From: Phyllobates terribilis
Taxonomy: Eukaryota
DNA: 64,000 nt
NCBI RefSeq assembly: GCF_046119375.1
Contig: NW_027362764.1
Span: 772,644,001-772,708,000, forward strand
Direction: 5' to 3'
The notes beneath the pieces are model-generated. The model ran no database searches and was not told where the DNA came from. It saw only the letters and a list, made by a program, of their open reading frames with translations. Of the stretch, positions 38,601 through 53,600 are shown one piece after another. The position numbers and the translations under genes are program-made. The first letter of the stretch is position 1; every line of letters begins with the position of its first letter.

Positions 38601-41600
38601 TATACATAGGGGGCAGTATTATAGTAGTTATATTCTTGTACATAGGAGCAGTATTATAGTAGTTATATTCTTGTACATAGGGGCAGTGTTATAGTAGTTA
38701 TATTCTTGTACATAGGGGGCAGTATTATAATAGTTATATTCTTGTACATAGGGGCAGTATTATAGTAGTTATATTTTTGTACATAGGAGCAGTACTATAG
38801 TAGGTATATTCTTGTACATAGGAGCAGTATTATGGTAGTTATATTCTTGTACATAGGGGCAGTGTTATAGTAGTTATATTCTTGTACATAGGGGGCAGTA
38901 TTAAAATAGTTATATTCTTGTACATAGGAGCAGTATTATAGTAGTTATATTCTTGTATATAGGAGCACTATTATAGTAGTTATATTCTTGTACATAGGAG
39001 CAGTATTATATTAGTTATAATCTTGAACATAGGGGCAGTATTATAGTAGTTATATTCTTGTACATAGGGGCAGTATTATAGTAGTTATATTCTTGTACAT
39101 AGGAGCAGTATTATAGTAGTTATATTCTTGTACATAGGGGGCAGTATTATAGTAGTTATATTCTTGTACATAGGGACAGTATTATAGTAGTTATATTTTT
39201 GTACATAGAGGGCAGCATTATAGTAGATATATTCTTGTACAAAGGAGGCAGTATTATAGTAGTTATATTCTTGTACATAGGGGCAGTATTATAGTAGTTA
39301 TATTCTTGTACATAGGAGCAGTATTATAGTAGTTATAGTCTTGTACATAGGAGCAGTATTATAGTAGTTATATTCTTGTTCATAGGGGCAGTATTATAGT
39401 AGTTGTTATATGCTAGTACATAGGGACAGTATTATAGTAGTTATAATTTTGTACATAGGGGGTAGTATTATAGTAGTTATATTCCTGTACATAGGGGCAG
39501 TATTATAGTAGTTATATTTTTGTACATAGCAGCAGTACTATAGTAGTTATATTCTTGTACATAGGAGCAGTATTATAGTAGTTATATTCTTGTACATAGG
39601 AGCAGTATTATATTAGTTATATTCTTGTACATAGGGAGCAGTATTATAGTAGTTATATTCCTGTACATAGGAGCACTATTATAGTAGTTATATTATTGTA
39701 CATAGGAGCACTATTATAGTAGTTATATTATTGTACATAGGAGCATTATTATATTAGTTATATTCTTGTACATTGGGGCAGTATTATAGTAGTTATATTC
39801 TTGTACATAGGAGCAGTACTATAGTAGTTAGATTCTTGTACATAGGAGCAGTATTATAGTAGTTATAATCTTGTACATAGGGGGCAGTATTATAGTAGTT
39901 ATATTCTTGTACATAGGGAGCAGTATTATAGTAGTTATATTCCTGTACATAGGAGCACTATTATAGTAGTTATATTATTGTACATAGGAGCACTATTATA
40001 GTAGTTATATTATTGTACATAGGAGCATTATTATATTAGTTATATTCTTGTACATTGGGGCAGTATTAAAGTAGATATATTCTTGTACATAGGAGCAGTA
40101 CTATAGTAGTTATATTCTTGCACATAGGAGCACTATTATAGTAGTTATATTATTGTACATAGGAGCATTATTATATTAGTTATATTCTTGTACATTGGGG
40201 CAGTATTAAAGTAGATATATTCTTGTACATAGGAGCAGTACTATAGTAGTTATATTCTTGCACATAGGAGCAGTATTATAGTAGTTATATTTTTGTACAT
40301 AGGGACAGTATTATAATAGTTATATTCTTGTACATAGGAGCAGTATTATAGTAGTTATATTCTTGTACATAGGGGGCAGTATTATAATAGTTATATTCTT
40401 GTACATAGGAGAAGCATTATAGTAGTTATATTCTTGTACATAGGAGCAGTATTATAGAAGTTATATTCTTGTACATAGGGAGCAGTATTATAGTAGTTAT
40501 ATTCTTGTACATAGGGGGCAGTATTATAGTAGTTATATTCTTGTACATAGGAGCAGTATTATAGTAGTTATATTCTTGTACATAGGGGCAGTATTATAGT
40601 AGTTATATTCTTGTACATAGGAGCAGTATTATAGTAGTTATATTCTTGTACATAGAGGCAGTATTATAGTAGTTATATTCTTGTACATAGGGGGCAGTAT
40701 TATAATAGTTATATTCTTGTACATAGGAGCAGTATTGTAGTAGTTATATTCTTGTACATAGGAGCAGTATTAGAGTAGTTATATTCTTGTACATAGGAGC
40801 ACTATTATAGTAGTTATATTCTTGTACATAGGAGCAGTATTATATTAGTTATATTCTTGAACATAGGGGCAGTATTATAGTAGTTATATTCTTGTACATA
40901 GGGGCAGTATTATAGTAGTTATATTCTTGTACATAGGAGCAGTACTATAGTAGTTATAATCTTGTACATAGGAGCACTATTATAGTAGTTATATTATTGT
41001 ACATAGGAGCACTATTATAGCAGTTATATTATTGCACATAGGAGCATTTTTATATTAGTTATATACTTGTACATAGGGGGCAGTATTATAGTACTTATAG
41101 TCTTGTACATAGGAGCAGTATTACAGTAGTTTTATTCTTGTACATAGGGGGCACTATTATAGTAGTTATATTCTTGTACATAGGGGCAGTATTATAGTAG
41201 TTATATTCTTGTACATAGGGGGCAGTATTATAATAGTTATATTCTTGTACATAGGAGAAGTATTATAGTAGTTATATTCTTGTACATAGGAGCAGTATTA
41301 TAGTAGTTATATTCTTGTACATAGGGAGCAGTATTATAGTAGTTATATTCTTGTACATAGGGGGCAGTATTATAGTAGTTATATTCTTGTACATAGGAGC
41401 AGTATTATAGTAGTTATAATCTTGTACATAGGGGCAGTATTATATTAGTCATATTCTTGTACATAGGGGGCAGTGTTATAGTAGTTATATTCTTGTACAT
41501 AGGAGCAGTATTTTAGTAGTTATATTCATGTACATAGGGGCAGTATTATAGTAGTTATATTCTTGTACATAGGGAGCAGTATTATAGTAGTTATATTCTT

Positions 41601-44600
41601 GTACATAGGGAGCAGTATTATAGTAGCTATATTCTTGTACATATGAACAGTATTATAGTAGTTATATTCTTGTACATAGGGGGCAGTATTATAGTAGTTA
41701 TATTCTTGTACATATGAGCAGTATTATAGTAGTTATATTCTTGTACATAGGAGGCAGTATTATAGTAGTTATATTATTGTACATAGGAGCAGTATTATAG
41801 TAGTTATATTGTTGTACATAGGGGCAGTATTATAGTAGTTATATTCTTGTACATAGGGGCAGTATTATAGTAGTTATATTCTTGTACATAGGGGACAGTA
41901 TTATAGTAGTTATATTCTTGTACATAGGGGGCAGTATTATAGTAGTTATATTCTTGTACATAGGGGACAATATTATAGTAGTTATATTCCTGTACATAGG
42001 GGGCAGTATTATAATAGTTATATTCTTGTACATAGGAGCAGTATTATAGTAGTTATATTCTTCTACATAGGGGGCAGTATTATAATAGTTATATTCTTGT
42101 ACATAGGAGAAGTATTATAGTAGTTATATTCTTGTACATAGGAGCAGTATTATAGTAGTTATATTCTTGTACATAGGGAGCAGTATTATAGTAGTTATAT
42201 TCTTGTACATAGGGGGCAGTATTACAGTAGTTATATTCTTGTACATAGGAGCAGTATTATAGTAGTTATATTCTTGTACATAGGGGCAGTATTATAGTAG
42301 TTATATTCGTGTACATAGGGGGCAGTATTATAGTAGTTATATTCTTGTACATAGGAGCAGTACTATAGTAGTTATATTCTTGTACATAGGAGCACTATTA
42401 TAGTAGTTATATTCTTGTACATAGGATCAGTATTATATTAGTTATATTCTTGTACATAGGGAGCAGTATTATAGTAGTTATATTCCTGTACATAGGAGCA
42501 CTATTATAGTAGTTATATTATTGTACATAGGAGCACTATTATAGTAGTTATATTCTTGTACATAGGAGCATTATTATATTAGTTATATTCTTGTACATAG
42601 GGGGCAGTATTACAGTAGTTATAATCTTGTACATAGGGGGCAGTATTATAGTAGTTATATTCTTGTACATAGGGGCAGTATTATAGTAGTTATATTCTTG
42701 TACATAGGGGGCAGTATTATAATAGTTATATTCTTGTACATAGGAGCAGTATTATAGTAGTTATATTCTTGTACATAGGGGGCAGTAATATAATAGTTAT
42801 ATTCTTGTACATAGGAGAAGTATTATAGTAGTTATATTCTTGTACATAGGAGCAGTATTATAGTAGTTATATTCTTGTACATAGGGGGCAGTATTATAGT
42901 AGTTATATTCTTGTACATAGGAGCAGTATTATAGTAGTTATATTCTTGTACATAGGGGCAGTATTATATTAGTTATATTCTTATACATAGGGGGCAGTAT
43001 TATAGTAGTTATATTCTTGTACATAGGAGCAGTATTATAGTAGTTATATTCTTGTACATAGGGGCAGTGTTATAGTAGTTATATTCTTGTACATAGGGGG
43101 CAGTATTATAATAGTTATATTCTTGTACATAGGAGCAGTATTATAGTAGTTATATTCTTGTACATAGGAGAAGTATTATAGTAGTTATATTCTTGTACAT
43201 AGGAGCACTATTATAGTAGTTATATTCTTGTACATAGGAGCAGTATTATATTAGTTATATTCTTGAACATAGGGGCAGTATTATAGTAGTTATATTCTTG
43301 TACATAGGGGCAGTATTATAGTAGTTATATTCTTGTACATAGGAGCAGTACTATAGTAGTTATATTCTTGTACATAGGAGCAGTATTATATTAGTTATAT
43401 TCTTATACATAGGGAGCAGTATTATAGTAGTTATATTCTTGTACATAGGAGCAGTATTATATTAGTTATATTCTTGTACATAGGGAGCAGTATTATAGTA
43501 GTTATATTCCTGTACATAGGAGCACTATTATAGTAGTTATATTATTGTACATAGGAGCACTATTATAGTAGTTATATTATTGTACATAGGAGCATTATTA
43601 TATTAGTTATATTCTTGTACATAGGGGCAGTATTATAGTAGTTATATTCTTGTACATGGAAGCAGTATTATAGTAGTTATATTCTTGTACATAGGAGCAG
43701 TATTATAGTAGTTAGATTCTTGTACATAGGAGCAGTATTATAGTAGTTATATTCTTGTACATAGGGGCAGTATTATAGTAGTTATATTCTTGTACATAGG
43801 GACAGTATTATAGTAGTTATATTTTTGTACATAGAGGGCAGCATTATAGTAGATATATTCTTGTACATACGAGGCAGTATTATAGTAGTTATATTCTTGT
43901 ACATAGGGGCAGTATTATAGTAGTTATATTCTTGTACATAGGAGCAGTATTATAGTAGTTATAGTCTTGTACATAGGAGCAGTATTATAGTAGTTATATT
44001 CTTGTTCATAGGGGAAGTATTATAGTAGTTGTTATATGCTAGTACATAGGGACAGTATTATAGTAGTTATATTTTTGTACATCGGGGGTAGTATTATAGT
44101 AGTTATATTCTTGTACATAGGGGCAGTATTATAGTAGTTATATTTTTGTACATAGGAGCAGTACTATAGTAGTTATATTCTTGTACATAGGAGCAGTATT
44201 ATAGTAGTTATATTCTTGTACATAGGAGCAGTATTATAGTAGTTATATTCTTGTACATAGGAGCAGTATTATAGTAGTTATATTCTTGTACATAGGAGCA
44301 GTATTATATTAGTTATATTCTTGTACATAGGGAGCAGTATTATAGTAGTTATATTCCTGTACATAGGAGCACTATTATAGTAGTTATATTATTGTACATA
44401 GGAGCACTATTATAGTAGTTATATTATTGTACATAGGAGCATTATTATATTAGTTATATTCTTGTACATTGGGGCAGTATTATAGTAGTTATATTCTTGT
44501 ACATAGGAGCAGTACTATAGTAGTTAGATTCTTGTACATAGGAGCAGTATTATAGTAGTTATATTCTTGTACATAGGGGGCAGTATTATAGTAGTTATAT

Positions 44601-47600
44601 TCTTGTACATAGGGAGCAGTATTATAGTAGTTATATTCCTGTACATAGGAGCACTATTATAGTAGTTATATTATTGTACATAGGAGTACTATTATAGTAG
44701 TTATATTATTGTACATAGGAGCATTATTATATTAGTTATATTCTTGTACATTGGGGCAGTATTATAGTAGTTATATTCTTGTACATAGGAGCAGTACTAT
44801 AGTAGTTAGATTCTTGTACATAGGAGCAGTATTATAGTAGTTATATTCTTGAACATAGCGGGCAGTATTATAGTAGTTATATTCTTGTACATAGGGACAG
44901 TATTATATTAGTTATATTTTTGTACATAGAGGGCAGCATTATAGTAGATATATTCTTGTACATAGGAGGCAGTATTATAGTAGTTATATTCTTGTACATA
45001 GGGGCAGTATTATAGTAGTTATATTCTTGTACATAGGAGCAGTATTATAATAGTTATAGTCTTGTACATAGGAGCAGTATTATAGTAGTTATATTCTTGT
45101 TCATAGGGGCAGTATTATAGTAGTTGTTATATTCTAGTACATAGGGACAGTATTATAGTAGCTATATTTTTGTACATAGGGGGTAGTATTATAGTAGTTA
45201 TATTCTTGTACATAGGGGCAGTATTATAGTAGTTATATTCTTGTACATAGGAGCAGTACTATAGTAGTTATATTCTTGTACATAGGAGCAGTATTATAGT
45301 AGTTATATTCTTGTACATAGGGGGCAGTATTATAGTAGTTATATTCTTGTACATAGGGACAGTATTATAGTAGTTATATTTTTGTACATAGGGGGCAGTA
45401 TTATAGTAGATATATTCTTGTACATCGGAGGTACTATTATAGTAGTTATATTCTTGTACATAGGGGCAGTATTATAGTAGTTATATTCTTGTACATAGGA
45501 GCAGTATTATAGTAGTTATATTCTTGTTCATAGGGGCAGTATTATAGTAGCTGTTATATTCTAGTACATAGGGACAGTATTATAGTAGTTATATTTTTGT
45601 ACATAGGGGGTAGTATTATAGTAGTTATATTCTTGTACATAGGGGCAGTATTATAGTAGTTATATTCTTGTACATAGGAGCAGTACTATAGTAGTTATAT
45701 TCTTGTTCATAGGGGCAGTATTATAGTAGTTGTTATATGCTAGTACATAGGGACAGTATTATAGTAGTTATATTTTTGTACATAGGGGGTAGTATTATAG
45801 TAGTTATATTCTTGTACATAGGGGAAGTATTATAGTAGTTATATTTTTGTACATAGGAGCAGTACTATAGTAGTTATATTCTTGTACATAGGAGCAGTAT
45901 TATAGTAGTTATATTCTTGTACATAGGAGCAGTATTATAGTAGTTATATTCTTGTACATAGGAGCAGTATTATAGTAGTTATATTCTTGTACATAGGAGC
46001 AGTATTATATTAGTTATATTCTTGTACATAGGGAGCAGTATTATAGTAGTTATATTCCTGTACATAGGAGCACTATTATTGTAGTTATATTATTGTACAT
46101 AGGAGCACTATTATAGTAGTTATATTATTGTACATAGGAGCATTATTATATTAGTTATATTCTTGTACATTGGGGCAGTATTATAGTAGTTATATTCTTG
46201 TACATAGGAGCAGTACTATAGTAGTTAGATTCTTGTACATAGGAGCAGTATTATAGTAGTTATATTCTTGTACATAGGGGGCAGTATTATAGTAGTTATA
46301 TTCTTGTACATAGGGAGCAGTATTATAGTAGTTATATTCCTGTACATAGGAGCACTATTATAGTAGTTATATTATTGTATATAGGAGCACTATTATAGTA
46401 GTTATATTATTGTACATAGGAGCATTATTATATTAGTTATATTCTTGTACATTGGGGCAGTATTATAGTAGTTATATTCTTGTACATAGGAGCAGTACTA
46501 TAGTAGTTAGATTCTTGTACATAGGAGCAGCATTATAGTAGTTATATTCTTGTACATAGGGGGCAGTATTATAGTAGTTATATTCTTGTACATAGGGACA
46601 GTATTATAGTAGTTATATTTTTGTACATAGAGGGCAGCATTATAGTAGATATATTCTTGTACATAGGAGGCAGTATTATAGTAGTTATATTCTTGTACAT
46701 AGGGGCAGTATTATAGTAGTTATATTCTTGTACATAGTAGCAGTATTATAATAGTTATAGTCTTGTACATAGGAGCAGTATTATAGTAGTTATATTCTTG
46801 TTCATAGGGGCAGTATTATAGTAGTTGTTATATTCTAGTACATAGGGACAGTATTATAGTAGTTATATTTTTGTACATAGGGGGTAGTATTATAGTAGTT
46901 ATATTCTTGTACATAGGGGCAGTATTATAGTAGTTATATTCTTGTACATAGGAGCAGTACTATAGTAGTTATATTCTTGTACATAGGAGCAGTATTATAG
47001 TAGTTATATTCTTGTACATAGGGGGCAGTATTATAGTAGTTATATTCTTGCACATAGGGACAGTATTATAGTAGTTATATTTTTGTACATAGGGGGCAGT
47101 ATTATAGTAGATATATTCTTGTACATCGGAGGTAGTATTATAGTAGTTATATTCTTGTACATAGGGGCAGTATTATAGTAGTTATATTCTTGTACATAGG
47201 AGCAGTATTATAGTAGTTATATTCTTGTTCATAGGGTCAGTATTATAGTAGCTGTTATATTCTAGTACATAGGGACAGTATTATAGTAGTTATATTTTTG
47301 TACATAGGGGGTAGTATTATAGTAGTTATATTCTTGTACATAGGGGCAGTATTATAGTAGTTATATTCTTGTACATAGGAGCAGTACTATAGTAGTTATA
47401 TTCTTGTACATAGGAGCAGTATTATAGTAGTTATATTCTTGTACATAGGAGCAGTATTATAGTAGTTATATTCTTGTACATAGGAGCAGTATTATAGTAG
47501 CTATATTCTTGTACATAGGAGCAGTATTATATTAGTTATATTCTTGTACATAGGGAGCAGTATTATAGTAGTTATATTCCTGTACATAGGAGCACTATTA

Positions 47601-50600
47601 TAGTAGTTATATTATTGTACATAGGAGCACTATTATAGTAGTTATATTATTGTACATAGGAGCATTATTATATTAGTTATATTCTTGTACATAGGGGCAG
47701 TATTATAGTAGTTATATTCTTGTACATAGGAGCAGTACTATAGTAGTTAGATTCTTGTACAAAGGAGCAGTATTATAGTAGTTATATTCTTGTACATAGT
47801 GGGCAGTATTATAGTAGTTATATTCTTGTACATAGGGACAGTATTATAGTAGTTATATTTTTGTACATAGAGGGCAGCATTATAGTAGATATATTCTTAT
47901 ACATAGGAGGCAGTATTATAGTAGTTATATTCTTGTACATAGGGGCAGTATTATAGTAGTTATATTCTTGTACATAGGAGCAGTATTATAGTGGTTATAG
48001 TCTTGTACATAGGAGCAGTATTATAGTAGTTATATTCTTGTTCATAGGGGCAGTATTATAGTAGTTGTTATATTCTAGTACATAGGGACAGTATTATAGT
48101 AGTTATATTTTTGTACATAGGGGGTAGCATTATAGTAGTTATATTCTTGTACATAGGGGCAGTTTTATAGTAGTTATATTCTTGTACATAGGAGCAGTAC
48201 TATAGTAGTTATATTCTTGTACATAGGAGCAGTATTATAGTAGTTATATTCTTGTACATAGGGGGCAGTATTATAGTAGTTATATTCTTGCACATAGGGA
48301 CAGTATTATAGTAGTTATATTTTTGTACATAGGGGGCAGTATTATAGTAGATATATTCTTGTACATAGGAGGCAGTATTATAGTAGTTATATTCTTGTAC
48401 ATAGGGGCAGTATTATAGTAGTTATATTCTTGTACATAGGAGCAGTATTATAGTAGTTATAGTCTTGTACATAGGAGCAGTATTATAGTAGTTATATTCT
48501 TGTACATAGGGAGCAGTATTATAGTAGCTATATTCTTGTACATAGGGAGCAGTATTATAGTAGTTATATTCTTGTGCATAGGGAGTAGTATTATAGTAGT
48601 TATATTCTTGTACATAGGGGGCAGTATTATAGTAGTTATATTCTTATACATAGGGGGCAGTATTATAGTAGTTATATTCTTGTACATAGGGGGCAGTATT
48701 ATAGTAATTATATTCTTGTACATAGGAGGCAGTATTATAGTAGTTATATTCTTGTACATAGGAGCAGTATTATAGTAGTTATATTCTTGTACATAGGGGC
48801 AGTATTATAGTAGTTATATTCTTGTACATAGGGGGCAGTATTATAGTAGTTATTTTCTTGTACATAGGAGCAGTATTATAGTAGTTATATTCTTGTACAT
48901 AGGAGGCAGTATTATAGTAGTTATATTCTTGTACATAGGAGCAGTATTATAGTAGTTATATTCTTGTACATAGGAGCAGTACTATAGTAGTTAGATTCTT
49001 GTACATAGGAGCAGTATTATAGTAGTTATATTCTTGTACATAGGGGGCAGTATTATAGTAGTTATATTCTTGTACATAGGGACAGTATTATAGTAGTTAT
49101 ATTTTTGTACATAGAGGGCAGCATTATAGTAGATATATTCTTGTACATAGGAGGCAGTATTATAGTAGTTATATTCTTGTACATAGGGGCAGTATTATAG
49201 TAGTTATATTCTTGTACATAGTAGCAGTATTATAATAGTTATAGTCTTGTACATAGGAGCAGTATTATAGTAGTTATATTCTTGTTCATAGGGGCAGTAT
49301 TATAGTAGTTGTTATATTCTAGTACATAGGGACAGTATTATAGTAGTTATATTTTTGTACATAGGGGGTAGTATTATAGTAGTTATATTCTTGTACATAG
49401 GGGCAGTATTATAGTAGTTATATTCTTGTACATAGGAGCAGTACTATAGTAGTTTTATTCTTGTACATAGGAGCAGTATTATAGTAGTTATATTCTTGTA
49501 CATAGGGGGCAGTATTATAGTAGTTATATTCTTGCACATAGGGACAGTATTATAGTAGTTATATTCTTGTACATAGGGGCAGTATTATAGTAGTTATATT
49601 CTTGTACATAGGAGCAGTATTATAGTAGTTATATTCTTGTTCATAGGGTCAGTATTATAGTAGCTGTTATATTCTAGTACATAGGGACAGTATTATAGTA
49701 GTTATATTTTTGTACATAGGGGGTAGTATTATAGTAGTTATATTCTTGTACATAGGGGCAGTATTATAGTAGTTATATTCTTGTACATAGGAGCAGTACT
49801 ATAGTAGTTATATTCTTGTACATAGGAGCAGTATTAAAGTAGTTATATTCTTGTACATAGGAGCAGTATTATAGTAGCTATATTCTTGTACATAGGAGCA
49901 GTATTATAGTAGCTATATTCTTGTACATAGGAGCAGTATTATATTAGTTATATTCTTGTACATAGGGAGCAGTATTATAGTAGTTATATTCCTGTACATA
50001 GGAGCACTATTATAGTAGTTATATTATTGTACATAGGAGCACTATTATAGTAGTTATATTATTGTACATAGGAGCATTATTATATTAGTTATATTCTTGT
50101 ACATAGGGGCAGTATTATAGTAGTTATACTCTTGTACATAGGAGCAGTACTATAGTAGTTAGATTCTTGTACAAAGGAGCAGTATTATAGTAGTTATATT
50201 CTTGTACATAGTGGGCAGTATTATAGTAGTTATATTCTTGTACATAGGGACAGTATTATAGTAGTTATATTTTTGTACATAGAGGGCAGCATTATAGTAG
50301 ATATATTCTTGTACATAGGAGGCAGTATTATAGTAGTTATATTCTTGTACATAGGGGCAGTATTATAGTAGTTATATTCTTGTACATAGGAGCAGTATTA
50401 TAGTAGTTATAGTCTTGTACATAGGAGCAGTATTATAGTAGTTATATTCTTGTACATAGGAGCAGTATTATAGTAGTTATAGTCTTGTACATAGGAGCAG
50501 TATTATAGTAGTTATATTCTTGTACATAGGGAGCAGTATTATAGTAGCTATATTCTTGTACATAGGGAGCAGTATTATAGTAGTTATATTCTTGTGCATA

Positions 50601-53600
50601 GGGAGTAGTATTATAGTAGTTATATTCTTGTACATAGGGGGCAGTATTATAGTAGTTATATTCTTATACATAGGGGGCAGTATTATAGTAGTTATATTCT
50701 TGTACATAGGGGGCAGTATTATAGTAATTATATTCTTGTACATAGGAGGCAGTATTATAGTAGTTATATTCTTGTACATAGGAGCAGTATTATAGTAGTT
50801 ATATTCTTGTACATAGGGGCAGTATTATAGTAGTTATATTCTTGTACATAGGGGGCAGTATTATAGTAGTTATTTTCTTGTACATAGGAGCAGTATTATA
50901 GTAGTTATATTCTTGTACATAGGAGGCAGTATTATAGTAGTTATATTCTTGTACATAGGAGCAGTATTATAGTAGTTATATTCTTGTACATAGGAGCAGT
51001 ACTATAGTAGTTAGATTCTTGTACATAGGAGCAGTATTATAGTAGTTATATTCTTGTACATAGGGGGCAGTATTATAGTAGTTATATTCTTGTACATAGG
51101 GACAGTATTATAGTAGTTATATTTTTGTACATAGAGGGCAGCATTATAGTAGATATATTCTTGTACATAGGAGGCAGTATTATAGTAGTTATATTCTTGT
51201 ACATAGGGGCAGTATTATAGTAGTTATATTCTTGTACATAGTAGCAGTATTATAATAGTTATAGTCTTGTACATAGGAGCAGTATTATAGTAGTTATATT
51301 CTTGTTCATAGGGGCAGTATTATAGTAGTTGTTATATTCTAGTACATAGGGACAGTATTATAGTAGTTATATTTTTGTACATAGGGGGTAGTATTATAGT
51401 AGTTATATTCTTGTACATAGGGGCAGTATTATAGTAGTTATATTCTTGTACATAGGAGCAGTACTATAGTAGTTTTATTCTTGTACATAGGAGCAGTATT
51501 ATAGTAGTTATATTCTTGTACATAGGGGGCAGTATTATAGTAGTTATATTCTTGCACATAGGGACAGTATTATAGTAGTTATATTCTTGTACATAGGGGC
51601 AGTATTATAGTAGTTATATTCTTGTACATAGGAGCAGTATTATAGTAGTTATATTCTTGTTCATAGGGTCAGTATTATAGTAGCTGTTATATTCTAGTAC
51701 ATAGGGACAGTATTATAGTAGTTATATTTTTGTACATAGGGGGTAGTATTATAGTAGTTATATTCTTGTACATAGGGGCAGTATTATAGTAGTTATATTC
51801 TTGTACATAGGAGCAGTACTATAGTAGTTATATTCTTGTACATAGGAGCAGTATTAAAGTAGTTATATTCTTGTACATAGGAGCAGTATTATAGTAGCTA
51901 TATTCTTGTACATAGGAGCAGTATTATAGTAGCTATATTCTTGTACATAGGAGCAGTATTATATTAGTTATATTCTTGTACATAGGGAGCAGTATTATAG
52001 TAGTTATATTCCTGTACATAGGAGCACTATTATAGTAGTTATATTATTGTACATAGGAGCACTATTATAGTAGTTATATTATTGTACATAGGAGCATTAT
52101 TATATTAGTTATATTCTTGTACATAGGGGCAGTATTATAGTAGTTATACTCTTGTACATAGGAGCAGTACTATAGTAGTTAGATTCTTGTACAAAGGAGC
52201 AGTATTATAGTAGTTATATTCTTGTACATAGTGGGCAGTATTATAGTAGTTATATTCTTGTACATAGGGACAGTATTATAGTAGTTATATTTTTGTACAT
52301 AGAGGGCAGCATTATAGTAGATATATTCTTGTACATAGGAGGCAGTATTATAGTAGTTATATTCTTGTACATAGGGGCAGTATTATAGTAGTTATATTCT
52401 TGTACATAGGAGCAGTATTATAGTAGTTATAGTCTTGTACATAGGAGCAGTATTATAGTAGTTATATTCTTGTTCATAGGGGCAGTATTATAGTAGTTGT
52501 TATATTCTAGTACATAGGGACAGTATTATAGTAGTTATATTTTTGTACATAGGGGGTAGTATTATAGTAGTTATATTCTTGTACATAGGGGCAGTATTAT
52601 AGTAGTTATATTCTTGTACATAGGAGCAGTATTATAGTAGTTATATTCTTGTACATAGGGGGCAGTATTATAGTAGTTATATTCTTGCACATAGGGACAG
52701 TATTATAGTAGTTATATTTTTGTACATAGGGGCAGTATTATAGTAGATATATTCTTGTACATAGGAGGCAGTATTATAGTAGTTATATTCTTGTACATAG
52801 GGGCAGTATTATAGTAGTTATATTCTTGTACATAGGAGCAGTATTATAGTAGTTATAGTCTTGTACATAGGAGCAGTATTATAGTAGTTATATTCTTGTA
52901 CATAGGGAGCAGTATTATAGTAGCTATATTCTTGTACATAGGGAGCAGTATTATAGTAGTTATATTCTTGTGCATAGGGAGTAGTATTATAGTAGTTATA
53001 TTCTTGTACATAGGGGGCAGTATTATAGTAGTTATATTCTTATACATAGGGGGCAGTATTATAGTAGTTATATTCTTGTACATAGGGGGCAGTATTATAG
53101 TAATTATATTCTTGTACATAGGAGGCAGTATTATAGTAGTTATATTCTTGTACATAGGAGCAGTATTATAGTAGTTATATTCTTGTACATAGGGGCAGTA
53201 TTATAGTAGTTATATTCTTGTACATAGGGGGCAGTATTATAGTAGTTATTTTCTTGTACATAGGAGCAGTATTATAGTAGTTATATTCTTGTACATAGGA
53301 GGCAGTATTATAGTAGTTATATTCTTGTACATAGGAGCAGTATTATAGTAGTTATATTCTTGTACATAGGAGCAGTACTATAGTAGTTAGATTCTTGTAC
53401 ATAGGAGCAGTATTATAGTAGTTATATTCTTGTACATAGGGGGCAGTATTATAGTAGTTATATTCTTGTACATAGGGACAGTATTATAGTAGTTATATTT
53501 TTGTACATAGAGGGCAGCATTATAGTAGATATATTCTTGTACATAGGAGGCAGTATTATAGTAGTTATATTCTTGTACATAGGGAGCAGTATTATAGTAG

